DNA of 64,000 bases from Callorhinchus milii (GCF_018977255.1 NW_024704742.1:10232001-10296000), one strand, 5' to 3'. Shown: positions 1-11,686, numbered from the stretch's first letter. Notes: generated by a model from the sequence alone, not told the origin. Numbers and translations: made by a program.

Positions 1-999
1 TTGGCAAAACTAGGGAAAAGGCAGAGAGTGCACATTTCATTCCAGAGACACAAAATGTCCTTGTGTAGGTGACATGCATATGTGGAGCTCTGCTGGTTTA
101 GATACTCTTAAGGATACTCTGTGTCAGATACCCTGGCTGGAAAACCATTCTTTAGGAGTGCTGACATCAGTACAGACACAATGGGCCAAATAACTTTCTA
201 ATGTACAGTTTATTAATTATTAATCATACTAATTCAGTTTCACCACTAATTGGAAAAGGCTGGTTGATTTTTGTTCCCTACTTTGATTTCGTTTAATATT
301 TCCACTTGTGGCACGGGTTCTCATAGAATGAGATGATTGTATGAGGAGGAGGATTGAATAATTATCGAACAATTACGTATTTCCAAAGGCTGTGGCAGCA
401 TTTTCCTGTAAGACTTTTATATTTTTCCAGAAAAGTTCAACAAACCACATGAAAAATTTGTGGGTTGGGTTTAACTACATACAAATAAGCAGGTACACAG
501 AATTACCTGGTAAACCTTATCAAACAATGTGAATGACACCTGGAATGTTCTTTATTATAATAATAATAATTGGCAGCAGCACTGTCCCACAAACCATTTT
601 TTTTCTGGGGTGGGCGGATTATCCAGCAAACAACTAACAACCAGGTTTCTACTTACTGCAAGATAAACAGAGGTGTGTCAGCTAGTTCTATTTTTAGTTT
701 ACATTTTTCAAAAAATATGACACAGAAGCACAAGCAAAATTAACATTGTCGTCAAATTTTTGCAGTTAGTTTGCTGCAAATTTCTACTTATTTTTGCAGT
801 GTGTGGTGCCTGCTCAAAGCTGCCTTATCTAAAAGAGGCTATTTAATTTGCTATTTTTACTACTGGCTATAACATAAGTATTCATAGCAATGTGAGGCAC
901 TAAACTACACTAAAGAACTTTCATGGGGGTGAGGTTGGAAGGTTAAGCACCAATTCCAGCAAAGTTGTTTTCCAGGACTTTAAACAGAAAGTAATGTTA

Positions 1000-2116
1000 A
1001 ACAATGTTCGATGGACAAAGCTGCCAAGAAAGTGAACAGAATCTCAGGTTTTATAAATAGGGGTATAACAACAACAACAACAACAACTTGGATTTATATA
1101 GCGCCCCCCACGCCAGATGGCATCTCAGAGCGCTTATAGCGCTTATAGAATAATAATAATGATACTCCTTGCATTTGATATAGCACCTTATCACGTCTTC
1201 AAGACGTCTCAAAGCACTTCACAGAATATACTGTAAAGTGAATTGACTGTATATTTTGTGGGCAAAATGTGGTAGCCAATTGCACACAGCAGTGTCCCAC
1301 AAACAATTGTGGATTGAGTGACCAAATTATTATTTTTTTTGAAGAAATTATTACCCCCGGAAAAGCAAAAAAAAATAAAACTAAAGAGGTATGCTAACCT
1401 TGTATAAATCGTTAGGTAGTCTCCAGGGAGAATATTGTGTCCAATTTTGGTCATCCCACTTTAGGAAGAACATCAACGGCATAGGGAGAGGTGCAGAGGA
1501 GATTTAACAGGGTGATTCCGGGATGAGTGGTTTGACCTATGAGCAGAGAATGGAAATTAGACTTTTTATGATGGAAAGAAAAGAAAGTTGAGGCTGACAT
1601 GATAGCTCTGTTTACCTAACAGTAAGTAGGAACCCGCTTGTTTGTCGATTGGTGGATGGCTTTTCTGGGAGTAATAATCCCTCCCCCCAAAAAATGTGGT
1701 CACTCAATCCACGACTGTTTGTGGGATGTCACTGCGCAATTGGCTGCCGCGTTTCTCCCACAAAACACACTTATCATTACACTTTACAGTATATTTTGTG
1801 AAGCGCTTTGGGATGTTTCTAAGCTATTATAAGGCACTCTATCAAATGCAAGGACTATTACTATTATTATTATAAAGGTCTTTAAATTATGAGGGTTTTT
1901 TTGTGAGTCAGTAGGGATAAATTATTTCCACTAGTTGATGAATCAGTGACCAGAAGGCACCAATTTAAGATAGCTAGTAAATGGGGAGATTAGGAGAAAT
2001 GTTATCAGGTACAGAGTTGTTAGGGTATGGAATGCTTTGGTAAGGAGCAGTTAGAATCTATTTTAGCTTTTCAATTAACTAGATTGATATTTAAAAAGCA
2101 GGAAACCACAGGGATA
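1000..2116 (+). mobile_element. degenerate CR1-type LINE 3' fragment interrupted by an L2 tail (~1068-1145) and two SINEs
   Basis: Broken CR1 RT C-terminal motifs: gacaaagctgccaagaaagtgaacagaatctcaggttttataaatagggg, gaatattgtgtccaattttggtca (EYCVQFWS), and gctgacatgatag..aggtctttaaattatg split by the SINE at ~1606-1872. Confidence 0.7.
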
Positions 2117-3190
2117 AACAACAACAACAAATTACATCTGTATAGCACCTTTCACATTGGGAAGACGTCCCAGTCAGGGATTTTGGACTCAAGCAGTGGG
2201 TTGTGATAAGGATGGGTACAGGGCAGGGAAGGTAGGAGTAGGAGGGTGGCCAAAGACACGGTCGAAGAGGAGGGTCTTTAGACATGCCATGAAGGAGGCA
2301 AGGGAGGGGGTGAGGTGAAGGGACTGTGAGATAGAGTTCCAAAGGGTGGGGGCAGAGAGGCTGAAGGCCCGACCGCCGATGGTGGGGTGGTCCAGACAGG
2401 GGACGTTGCGCAGGCCGGAGCCTGCTAAGCGGAGGGAGTGGACAGGTTAGTAGGGGTTAGCGGGTCACAGAGGTAGGAAGGAATACAATACAAATTACAA
2501 TACAAAGTTACATTTGTATAACAACTTTCACATTGAGAGAATGTCCCCGGCGCTGAACAGTGCAGGTTTGGGGTTAGAGGAGCGCGGCGGTGGAGGGAAA
2601 GATGGCTAAAAGTGGAGTTCGAGAAAGGTTTTGAGGCAGATCTTGATGGAGGCAGGGGGTAAGGACAAAACAAAGAGATTCTGGGATGGAGTTCCAGAGA
2701 GTGGGGGTCTGCCAATGGTGATGCAGTGGGCGTGAAGCAGGCCGGTGACTGCTGAGCCCCGGAGGGAGCAGTCAGGTTGGTAGAGTTTGAAAAAACATAT
2801 GTGGAACTCTGCTGTTTGGATACTATTAAGCATGTTGGTGGTTTGCTGCTAGTGTCAGACACACGGCTGAAAACTCATTCTGTGGGAGAGCTGCCATCAG
2901 CGCAGACACAATGAGCCAAATAACCTCTTGCATCATAAACATTTGCAGAGGTGGGATCAGGCAAGACCATGGAGGGAATTAAAGATGAGGACGAGGATCT
3001 TGAACTTAATACACTGGGGGCTGAGGGAGCCAATGGATCCGGGTGAGAATGAGGGTAATAATCTCATGGAACCTAGTGTGGGAAAGGACACGAGCTGCAG
3101 AATTCTGGAGAGTTTGCAGCTTGAGTAGGGAAGAGACCGGTGACAAAGCAGAGAGTTGGCGTAATTTAGTCTGGATGTGATGAATGTGTG
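2117..3190 (-). mobile_element. stacked L2 LINE 3' fragments, with a CR1-type 3' end inserted at ~2790-2940
   Basis: (CAA)n tail and L2 3' hairpin at 2117-2175 and ~2485-2555. ORF 3006-3254 contains [25 protein letters not shown], an L2 RT C-terminal motif. Confidence 0.75.
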
Positions 3191-3197
3191 GATTAAG

Positions 3198-3550
3198 ATA
3201 ATAATAATCCTTACATTTGATATAGGACCTTATCATGTCTTTGAGACGTCTCAAAGCGCTTCACAGAGTATACTGCAATGTGAATTGACTGTATAGTTTA
3301 TGGGTGAAACGCGGCAGCCGATTGCAGTGGCCCACAAACAATCGTGGATTGAGTGAGTTTCTTTTAAGGAATTATTACCCCCAGAAAAGTGATCTGCCAA
3401 TTGACTAACAACCGGGTTCCTACTTACTGCTGGGTAAACAGAGGTGTGTGGAGTAAGGAAAGTTGTCCATTGTTTCGCCCTGCCGGGAATCGAACCCAGG
3501 TTTCTCGCTTGCGAGGCGAGTGCTCTTAACCACTGAGCTACAGGACTCTA
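3198..3550 (-). mobile_element. full-length young tRNA(Ala)-derived SINE (~350 bp)
   Basis: The - strand head GTCCTGTAGCTCAGTGGTTAAGAGC...GGTTCGATTCCCGG carries Pol III A and B boxes, followed by the family body and an L2-like tail ending in (TTA)n. Confidence 0.9.
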
Positions 3551-5304
3551 GGCAGCCCGGGGGCTAAATGGTCCTGCCCGCACAAAGACATTTCTGCCCT
3601 TGGAATGTAAGTTGCAGTTTAATCTGAAAATTCTTTCAAAGCTCAAGGTTATTCACCAGGAAGTTCAGTGTGGTTTCTTTGTAACAAAAGGAAAATATCC
3701 CAGCCAGGCACCTTGTCTCTGAATAGTCCAAATTCCAGTGTTTAATTTGTTTTGAGCTTTTCTGCTTATCCAACTAAATGTTGAAGCCTCCCTGAGCAGA
3801 AGTTTATTTCTACCGCAGGCCTTCCTTGACCCTGGAAATTCCCTGTTTCACCTCCCCTACCTCATCTCTCTCTTTCTCTCTCTCTGGTTCTGTTGGCATC
3901 GGAATGAAATTGAAAAGACTAAATAAAAATAGTAGCATCCTCCAAAACCCAGGGTTGGTCTGTGAGATGACCTGGCGTAACGAAGGCAGCTTTCCCTGCG
4001 TTGGTCTCAGATGTCAGATAGAATGATAACCGATCACAGAATCAATAATCGTTTGTGGGAGATTTGGGGGAATTTTACAGGATGTGGTTTTCTAAAAATG
4101 GGTTGTGTTTTCAACCTCATCAGCCGTATAAATTGCACCTCTGTAAGTTCCTTGAATCTGAAAGTATGGAGGTATTTGTGCTGCATGCACTGACAGACAA
4201 AATCTAATTTGATGCCTATCAGCTTGCAATGCGAGATTTAACATCCCAGCCAACGCCCCCTTGCTGTGTACACAGTGACCGCAAGATTGAATTCTGCAAA
4301 TAATTTTTTGGTGAATTGTAAAACAGGATCTGAAGTGTGTTTTTAAACTACAGTAGGTCTATTCACACACTGTATTCTTTGGAAACGTGTCCAGTTATAG
4401 TGTTGAGACTGGTTTGTATTGTACAGAAATAGCACTGCACAATGGCAGAGCCAAGTTTTGCAATCGGAGTGGGAGAACGGGCCAATAATGGCACCACCTT
4501 CCCTTGGTTCCATCTCTCTTTGTTACTCTAAACGTGCCTCACATCTCCCGCTCTGCCTCTCTTCCTATCGTTCTCCACATTGCTTCATACCTTCTTGTCA
4601 CTTTCTTGCTATCGCAGTGAACGATGAGAACAGAAGCAGAGCAGGAGATGAAGGCACTATCCGTACTCACAAAGGCCACCCCCCCACCCATACCACACCC
4701 CTGCCCCTATTATGTCCACCACAGGCACTGCAAACTTCAGAGAAAAAACATCAGCTAATCTCTCTACATCAGGGCCGCTCAGTGCTGTATACAACAACAA
4801 TAACAAAATTACATTTGTAAAGTGCCTTTCACGTCGAGAGAATGTCCCAAGGTGCTGAATAGGAATAAAATGCCCCCAAATAATTTACTACAAAGTGAGA
4901 ATAGTTTGCATCAGAAGGAAATTCAACATTTCAAAGGTTCCTTGTGGTAATGAACCAGTTTATGCTTTCCGGCACCAATAAGTCACTGGATTTTTCTTCC
5001 AGGCCAACACTGTATATTTTACTTTGAACAAGTTGGAATACAATCCTTCCATTTTGGTTTGATTTTAGCGGTGGGCTGAGGTGGAAAATGTTGCATTTCA
5101 ACCCACTGAAGCATTCAGTTACCTATGTTTATATTAATCATTGGAGGTGGGAATGGAGGCCTTGAATATTTGCATGTGTGAAATGACAACAAAGTGTTAT
5201 TGCTGCTCATGCTATTATTTCTCATGAAGTTGTTGCTCTTATATGTAAAATGTATATTTATAAATATATTTATAAATGTCTGGGAGCTGATCTGGAGCTG
5301 ATCT

Positions 5305-5518
5305 GAATTATTATTGGTCACTCAATCCACGATTGTTTGTGGGAGACTGCTGTGTGCAAATGGCTGCTGTGTTTCGCCTACAAAATACACAGTCAATCCA
5401 CTTTACAATATATTCTGTGAAGCGCTTTGAGGCGTCTCAATGACGTGATAAGGTGCTATATGGAGTCCTGTAGCTCAGTGTTAGAGCACTCGTCTCGCAA
5501 GCAAGAGGACCTGAGTTT
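5305..5518 (+). mobile_element. SINE 3' half followed directly by the 5' tRNA head of a second SINE
   Basis: ttggtcactcaatccacga...gataaggtgctata is followed by tggagtcctgtagctcagtgttagagcac at 5461. Confidence 0.85.
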
Positions 5519-5519
5519 G

Positions 5520-6553
5520 AGGTCAACAACTAGTGGAGTGCCACAAGGATCAGTGTTTGGGCCTCAAATATTTACAGTCTATATCAATGATTTAGATGAG
5601 GAAATAGAACTTAACATATCTAAATTCGTGGACGATACAAAGCTAGGTGGGACAGTAAGCTGTGAGGATGACTCAAGAAAAATGCAAAGGGAAATAGATA
5701 GCCTGGGTGAGTGGGCAAGAAGATGGCAGATGGAGCATAACGTGGTGAAGTGAAGTTATTCACCTAGGTAGTAAAAATAGAAAAGCGGATTATTTTCAAG
5801 AAGGGGAGAGACTAGGTAGTGTTAGTGTTCAGAGGGATTTGGGTGTCCTTGTACACCAATCACCTAAAGTTAGTATGCAGGTACAGCAAGCAACGAGGAA
5901 GGCTAATGCCATGTCAGAGTTTGTTGCAAAAGGGTTAGAGTACAAGAGTAGGGAAGTCTTGCTGCAGTTGTATAAGGCCTTGGTGAGTCTGCACCTAGAA
6001 TATTGTGTGCAGTTTTGGTCTCCTTATTTAAGAAAGGACATACTCACCTTAGAGGGAGTGCAGCGTAGGTTCACTAGGTTGGTTCCTGGGATGAGGAGGT
6101 TGACCTATGAGGATAGGTTGAGTAAGCTAAGCCTGTAATCTCTAGAATATAGAATTAGAGGTGATTTTATAGAAACCCATAAGATTCTTAAGGGTCTTGA
6201 CAGGGTAGATGCTGTGAGACTGATTCCCCTGGTTGGAGAATGTAAAACTAGGGGTCATAGTCTCAAGATTAAAGGTTTTGAACTGAGTTGAAGAAACATT
6301 TCTTCACTCAGAGGGTAGGGAATTTGTGGAATTCTCTACCCCAGCAGGCTGTGGATGCTCAGTCCTTGAAAATAAGACTGAGGTTGATAGGTTGATAGAT
6401 TTCTAAAGGATATAGGGATTAAGGGATATGGGGATAGGGCGGGTAAATGGAATTAGGTTAGAAGATCAGCCATGATCTTGTTAAATGGCGGGGCAGGCTC
6501 GAGGGGTCGAATGGTCTACTCTTGATCCTATGTCTTATGGTCTTATGGTCTTA
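5520..6553 (+). mobile_element. 5'-truncated CR1 LINE (RT C-terminal half and 3' UTR)
   Basis: ORFs give TSGVPQGSVFGPQIFTVYINDLDEEIELNISKFVDDTKLGG and LLQLYKALV..HLEYCVQFWSPYLRKDI..LEGVQRRFTRLVPG. The 3' end carries an 8-bp TCTTATGG-type repeat. Confidence 0.92.
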
Positions 6554-6555
6554 TA

Positions 6556-6725
6556 AATTGGCCACTCATCCACGTCTATTTATGGGACACTGCTGTGCTC
6601 AATTGGCTGCCGCGTTTCGCCCACAAGATATAGAGTCAATTCATTTTACAGGAAACCCTGTGAATCGCTTTGGGACGTCTCAAAAACATGATAAGGCGCT
6701 ATATCAAACGCAAGGAATATTAATA
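6556..6725 (+). mobile_element. SINE 3' half
   Basis: aaattggccactc...tgggacactgctgtgc..aattggctgccgcgtttcgccc...gataaggcgctatatcaaacgcaagg. Confidence 0.85.
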
Positions 6726-6939
6726 TATTTAAACGCAAGGCCAACTTCCTGGTTAATTTGTACAGTTTGTTGACATCGTTCCCTGTTATTTACCTGATAC
6801 TATAGCTATTGGTTTTAATTTGGTATATTTTAGTGCACTGAGATTTTGTAAATGTCGAAAGCCACAACCACAATTTTTTTGTTTTCAATACGTTTCCTCT
6901 GACATTGATACAAAATGTTTTTATAAAGGTATATAATAC

Positions 6940-7137
6940 AATAATAATCCTTGCATTTGATATAGTGCCTTATCACATCATCGAGGCATCTCAAATGTAC
7001 TGTAAAGTGAATTGACTGTATATTTTGCACACAACAGTGTCCCACAAACAGTCGTGGATTGAGTAACCAAATTATTTCTGTTATTTTGATGGAATTATTT
7101 CCCCCAGAAAAGCGATCCGCCAATCGACTAACAACCG
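6940..7137 (-). mobile_element. SINE 3' two-thirds
   Basis: ataataatccttgcatttgatatag...aaagcgatccgccaatcgactaacaacc is the reverse complement of the family body. Confidence 0.85.
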
Positions 7138-7221
7138 TGTTAACCGTGTAAAGGAGCGAGCTTACAAACTTCCACAAACCATCTTAACCAGCTGTCATTT
7201 GCAATGTGTTTTCTCTGACAG

Positions 7222-7414
7222 TAAGAAAATCAAAGGCAGCTGATGAGAGGAGGAAATCTGTGGCCAAGCAGGCACGAGATGACTACAAACGTCTCTCTCT
7301 CAAGGCTATCGAGAGGGGGAAGGTGGCAGCCCTATCACAGAATTTCCAATCCCAAACAAAGCCAGCAGTTCCACCACGCAAACCAGTGTTTGACCGAAAG
7401 GACCACAGAGCAAG
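7222..7414 (+). CDS. SH2D4A: SH2 domain-containing protein 4A, internal coding exon (193 bp, phase 1 to phase 2)
   Basis: Acceptor ttctctgacAG (7220-7221) and donor AG|GTGAGA (7415). Translates (L)RKSKAADERRKSVAKQARDDYKRLSLKAIERGKV...PAVPPRKP..., matching the RKSKAADE..R.S.AKQAR.DYKRLSL segment of vertebrate SH2D4A as I recall it. Confidence 0.9.
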
Positions 7415-8129
7415 GTGAGACTTGGAGCCAGTTTGTAAATACAGTTGTAACTCTTACACTAATAACTGTACATCTCCTGAGGTTCATAGCTGATTCATTT
7501 AATTGTAGATGGTTGAGAAATAGTTTAAAATTAAAATTAGTTTGCCTGTTATCAATCACAAATGTCTTTCTCTTCTTTCTTGGCCTCCTTTGTCTCGTCA
7601 CCACAATAATATAGTCAATTCACTGAAGTGGTTAGTTGTTTTGCTGTCTTTTTCATTTTAGCAATATATAGTACAGCACAGTAATGCAGTGGGTGTACAC
7701 AGCACTGGAAATTTGTGGGGTTTTTTAAAGGTTAGAGTTTCAATGACATTTTGGGGACATTTATTAGGTTACTTTCATAAATCATTTATCTCTGATGTGT
7801 GAAAGTGTGATGGACCAAAAAGGGCTGACTTCAAACCAGTGTCACCCACAATATACAGTCAATCCACTTTACAGTATACCCTGTGAAGCGCTTTGAGACG
7901 TCTCCACGACTTGATAAGGCGGTATATCAAATGCAAGGATTATTATTATAATGTGAACTCCTCAGTGAGCACCCTCCCCCCGCAGAACAGAAGCACCCTC
8001 CTGAGGAGTATCCTGGCTCACATTGCACTACCATTATGGTTTGGGTTTCTGATTTGCAGTTTTAACCAATAAACATAGCAACAAAGACCCTGCAAATAGT
8101 TACTCAACTCTGAGGTGAGGTACTCTCTC

Positions 8130-8168
8130 CCTCACCTCTCTCTCTCTCCCTCTCTCTCTCTCTCTCTC
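8130..8168. repeat. (CT)n microsatellite
   Basis: ctctctctctctccctctctctctctctctctc seen directly. Confidence 0.9.
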
Positions 8169-8879
8169 CATGTTGCTCCAGGTGCACAGGTGTGACCGGT
8201 GAAACGTTTGTATATAAAAGCCTGAATGTGCCTCTCTTCCCTCTGTGTGCAAACATGTCTTCTCATTACACTAACAAAATCTCAGAATTTATAACCACTC
8301 GAATATCGCTAAAAATATAAACCCTGGAAACAAAAAGCAGAAGCTCCAATTATAATACCTACATATATAAGCGGACTGGTGGGAGGGAAATCAGTCTGAT
8401 CCATTCTGTTTTAGACTTTTCTTAAGAATTTGCTTTGGTTTTATTGTCTGGGTCGTATGGGAAATGTTTGGTGTATGATTGCCAAGTGTCCACTGTTGCC
8501 ACTCCAAGTTGGTATCTGGGTGTCGTGCAAGAGTGACATTGAAATTTCTTTCATTCCTAAAATAATAATCCTTGCATTTGATATAGTGCCTTTTCACATC
8601 GCTGAGACGTCTGAAAGCGCTTCACAGAATATACTGTACAATGAATTAACTGTGTATTTTGTGGGAGAAACGTGGCAGTCAAATTGTGCACAGCAGTGTC
8701 CTACAAATGAGTAATTTTTTTTGTTTGTTTTTTCATCTCTTCTTTCACCTGACCCTCACCCACACAGCACGTGCCTACCACATGCACACCATTTCCATTC
8801 CCTCCACCATGCCATCCCACCCCTCACCAGACACACACACACACAGACAAACAGGTATGTGTAAAGACTCATGGAATGA

Positions 8880-9222
8880 TAGAATCGAATAATTATACAG
8901 CACAGAAGGAAGCCATTCAGCTCATCGTGTCTGTGTCAGCTCTTTGAAAAGGACTTCCAATTGAGCTTCCACAACTGACTGCCATATTTCCCACTCCCCG
9001 CATGCGCTCCCCATAGCCCTGCAAACTTGTCCTCCCCAAATAATTATTTACCTCTCTCTTAAAAGTTGTTATCAGATCAGCTTCCATTACCCATTCACGC
9101 AATGCATTCCAGATCTGAACAACTCGCTGTGTGAAAAAATTTCGCCTCACCTCCCCTCTGTTTCTTTTAACAACTATTTTAAATTGGTGCCCTTGGGTTA
9201 CTGACTCACCACTAGTGGAATT
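8880..9222 (-). mobile_element. CR1 LINE 3' end fragment
   Basis: ORF 8917-9150 has RRNFFTQRVVQIWNAL...FKREV..YL, a CR1 ORF2 C-terminus, followed by a 3' UTR. Confidence 0.85.
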
Positions 9223-9969
9223 ATTATTATTATTTTATTACTGTTATATTATTATTATTAAGTGAGCTATTAGGTAACCACCCCCCAGAACAGGATTATT
9301 CTACAGAGGAGTGAACTGGCTGACGCTGCACTACATCAACACTTTGTTTTAAAACAAAGCATTAGAATATTTCCTGTAGCTTCGAAGGGCTTGTGCTGCT
9401 GTTTATTCAGCTGTTTGTTCAATGGGTAAAGTTCAACAGACAGGATCGCTAGAATTTTTTGAATTGTACATCAGGAGTGATTGAATAATGGCATATTGTG
9501 ATTGCAATCTCCCCCCCCCCCCCCCCATGGAATGTATTGTATGCAAAATATTAATGCTCTTCAATAGCTTAGCATGGTTTGCAACGAGGAAAACAAATGC
9601 AAATCAGTTAACGCATGCCTGATTGCATCAACTGTAATTTTCATTATTACAATAGTTTGCATACCTCTCCCCTTAGACATATTTTCTTCCAAGACAAATC
9701 CTTTCAATGCTTCTGTATACTTTTTGAAGTTTAAAGCAACCTTTAAAGCTTGTAGGAATAATTGAGAGAAGAATAACTTGGATGATTCCAAGTCTCGGGG
9801 GACCTTTGTTTAAATGGTAAAGAGCTTCATATCATATTCCACAGTCTGCCTCGCCAGACATTTATATGTTGTCCTGACTTGCAATTGAATGTTGTCCTGA
9901 CTTGCAATTGAATGGTGTCCAAATGCTTCCCAATACTTGAGTAAGTTCCTTACAGAACCGTCTTCACTT

Positions 9970-11113
9970 TGTCTCGACGAATGGCTTCTCCTCCACCCCC
10001 CGTACTGTCTCATGTGGAGTCCCTCAGGGCTCTGTCCTCGGTCCCCTCCTCTTCACCCTCTATATGCTCCCCCTCGGTGACATCATCCGCAGACATGGAG
10101 TTAACTTCCACATGTTTGCGGATGACACCCAACTCTACCTTTCCTCCTCTACTCTCAACTCCACGACCACCGATGTCCTGACAGCTGCCTGTCCGACATC
10201 GAGTCCTGGACGAGAGACAACTTTCTTCAGCTCAACGTGCAAAAAACCGAGGCCCTCCTGATTGGCTCACGTCAGCGCCTCCGCACCTCAGGCGACGACA
10301 CCATCAGCATCCAAGGCTGCACTCTCCACCTCTCAAAGCCAGTCAGGAACCTCGGCGTTTTGTTCGACCCTGAGCTGTCCTTTCTCCCTCACATCCGCAC
10401 CACAACTGGCACCGCCTTCCATCACCTCCGGAACATCGCCAGACTACGGCACTACCTCACCCTTCACGCTGCTGAAACCCTGGTTCACGCCTTTGTCACC
10501 TCAAGGCTGGACTATGGGAACTCTCTGCTCGCCGGCCTTCCCGGCACCTCCCTCCACAAGCTGCAGGTCATTCAGAACTCTGCAGCTCGTGTACTGTCCC
10601 GCACCAGGCTTCGGGACCACATCACTCCCACCCTCGCTCGCCTCCACTGGCTCCCCATCCCCCAGAGGATTGATTTCAAGATCCTCATCCTCACCTACAA
10701 GGCCATTCACGGCCTTGCTCCCTCCTACCTCTCCAACCTACTATCCCCCTACCTACCTGCCCGTACCCTCCGTTCCTCCGGCTCCGGTCTGCTCCACATC
10801 CCCCGCCCCAACCGCCCTACCATCGGTGGTCGGGCCTTCAGCCTCTCAGCCCCGAGGCTCTGGAACTCTATCCCCCAGTGCCTTCGCCGCCTCCTCCCTT
10901 TCTTCCTTCAAGGCCGGTCTCAAAACCTTTCTCTTTGACCGAGCCTTCAGCTCCCCTCTCGACTCTCTTCCCCCTTCTCGCTCCCTCCCATCCCTCCCCA
11001 CACCCTGACCATTTCCCCCCTGCTCGGGTCATGACCCAACTGTGCAGCGCCTTGGGACGTCCTCCTGACGTGAAAGGCGCTTTATAAATGGAATCTTGTT
11101 GTTGTTGTTGTTG
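9970..11113 (+). mobile_element. young 5'-truncated L2 LINE (RT C-terminal region, 3' UTR and (TTG)n tail) with two frameshifts
   Basis: [44 protein letters not shown], then KTEALLIGS...VRNLGVLFDPELSF...[15 protein letters not shown]...QNSAARVL...LHWLPI..RIDFKIL. Ends in a 3' hairpin and gttgttgtt tail. Confidence 0.95.
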
Positions 11114-11199
11114 AATAACATTGACAAAACAAGCTTCCCATTGACTAATTTATTTTAGATAATGATTGTGACATAATCCTTTTATATCTGCTTGAGCTA

Positions 11200-11480
11200 A
11201 AAGGCTACCTTTTCGTGGTTTATGTACAGGAGAAATGAGAGAGCCAGGGAGAAATTCCTGTCTCTTTTCAAGCAGTGCCATGGATTCTTTAACATCGATC
11301 TGAACCGGCAGAAAGGAGTTTGGTTTAATGTCTCATCCAAAACACCGCATCTTTGCGACACATCCCCAGCATTGCATTGGATTATCAGCCTTGACTGTAC
11401 AAGTTCAAAATCCCAACATTTGGCTTGAACCCACAACACTCAAGTGGGAACCACTGAATTAAGTTGACACAACAAGGGTT
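11200..11480 (-). mobile_element. older Deu-domain SINE (SacSINE1/AmnSINE-like) fragment
   Basis: The - strand reads gggttcaagcc...aggctga...tgcaatgctgg...ggatgagacattaaacc...ggttcagatcgatgttaaagaatccatggcactg..tgaaaagag, the Deu-SINE central domain as I recall it. Related copies lie at ~22960-23200(+), ~27025-27405(+), ~55830-56010(-) and ~61600-61950(+). Confidence 0.65.
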
Positions 11481-11567
11481 CCAAGTCTCTCAGGGGACCT
11501 GTGTCTATGTACATTGTTATTGTAGTTTTGAATTAATGTTGCTTTATTTGTTTGATTGCTACAATAG

Positions 11568-11686
11568 AAAACATACAAACTGCCACAGTTCTCAAGAGAA
11601 GGTTGTCCAGTGGTTTAGAGAACAACAAATTCCACTCCGAGCAGGTTACGAAAGATACAGAGATGAAATAGCACCCTGGTTTCATG
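11568..11686 (+). CDS. SH2D4A: SH2D4A coding exon leading into the SH2 domain (119 bp, phase 2 to phase 1)
   Basis: Acceptor acaatAG (11566-11567) and donor G|GTAAGT (11687). Translates (R)KHTNCHSSQEKVVQWFREQQIPLRAGYERYRDEIAPWFH(G), matching SH2D4A WF.E.Q.PLRAGY....D.IAPWFHG. Phase fits the preceding exon. Confidence 0.92.

Noticed and set aside
3475..3547. Stand-alone tRNA-Ala gene, and similar heads at ~12500, 17757, 29168, 51213 and 63785
   Set aside because: Each is fused to the SINE body and tail with no oligo-T terminator after the cloverleaf, so they are annotated as SINE heads rather than tRNA genes.
10262..11008. 248-aa Ser/Pro/Thr-rich ORF, with a twin at 39764-40510, that looks like a duplicated mucin-like gene
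   Set aside because: It is an alternative frame of the C-rich L2 RT region, rejoining the RT frame only after the second deletion. It has a non-ATG start and no gene context.
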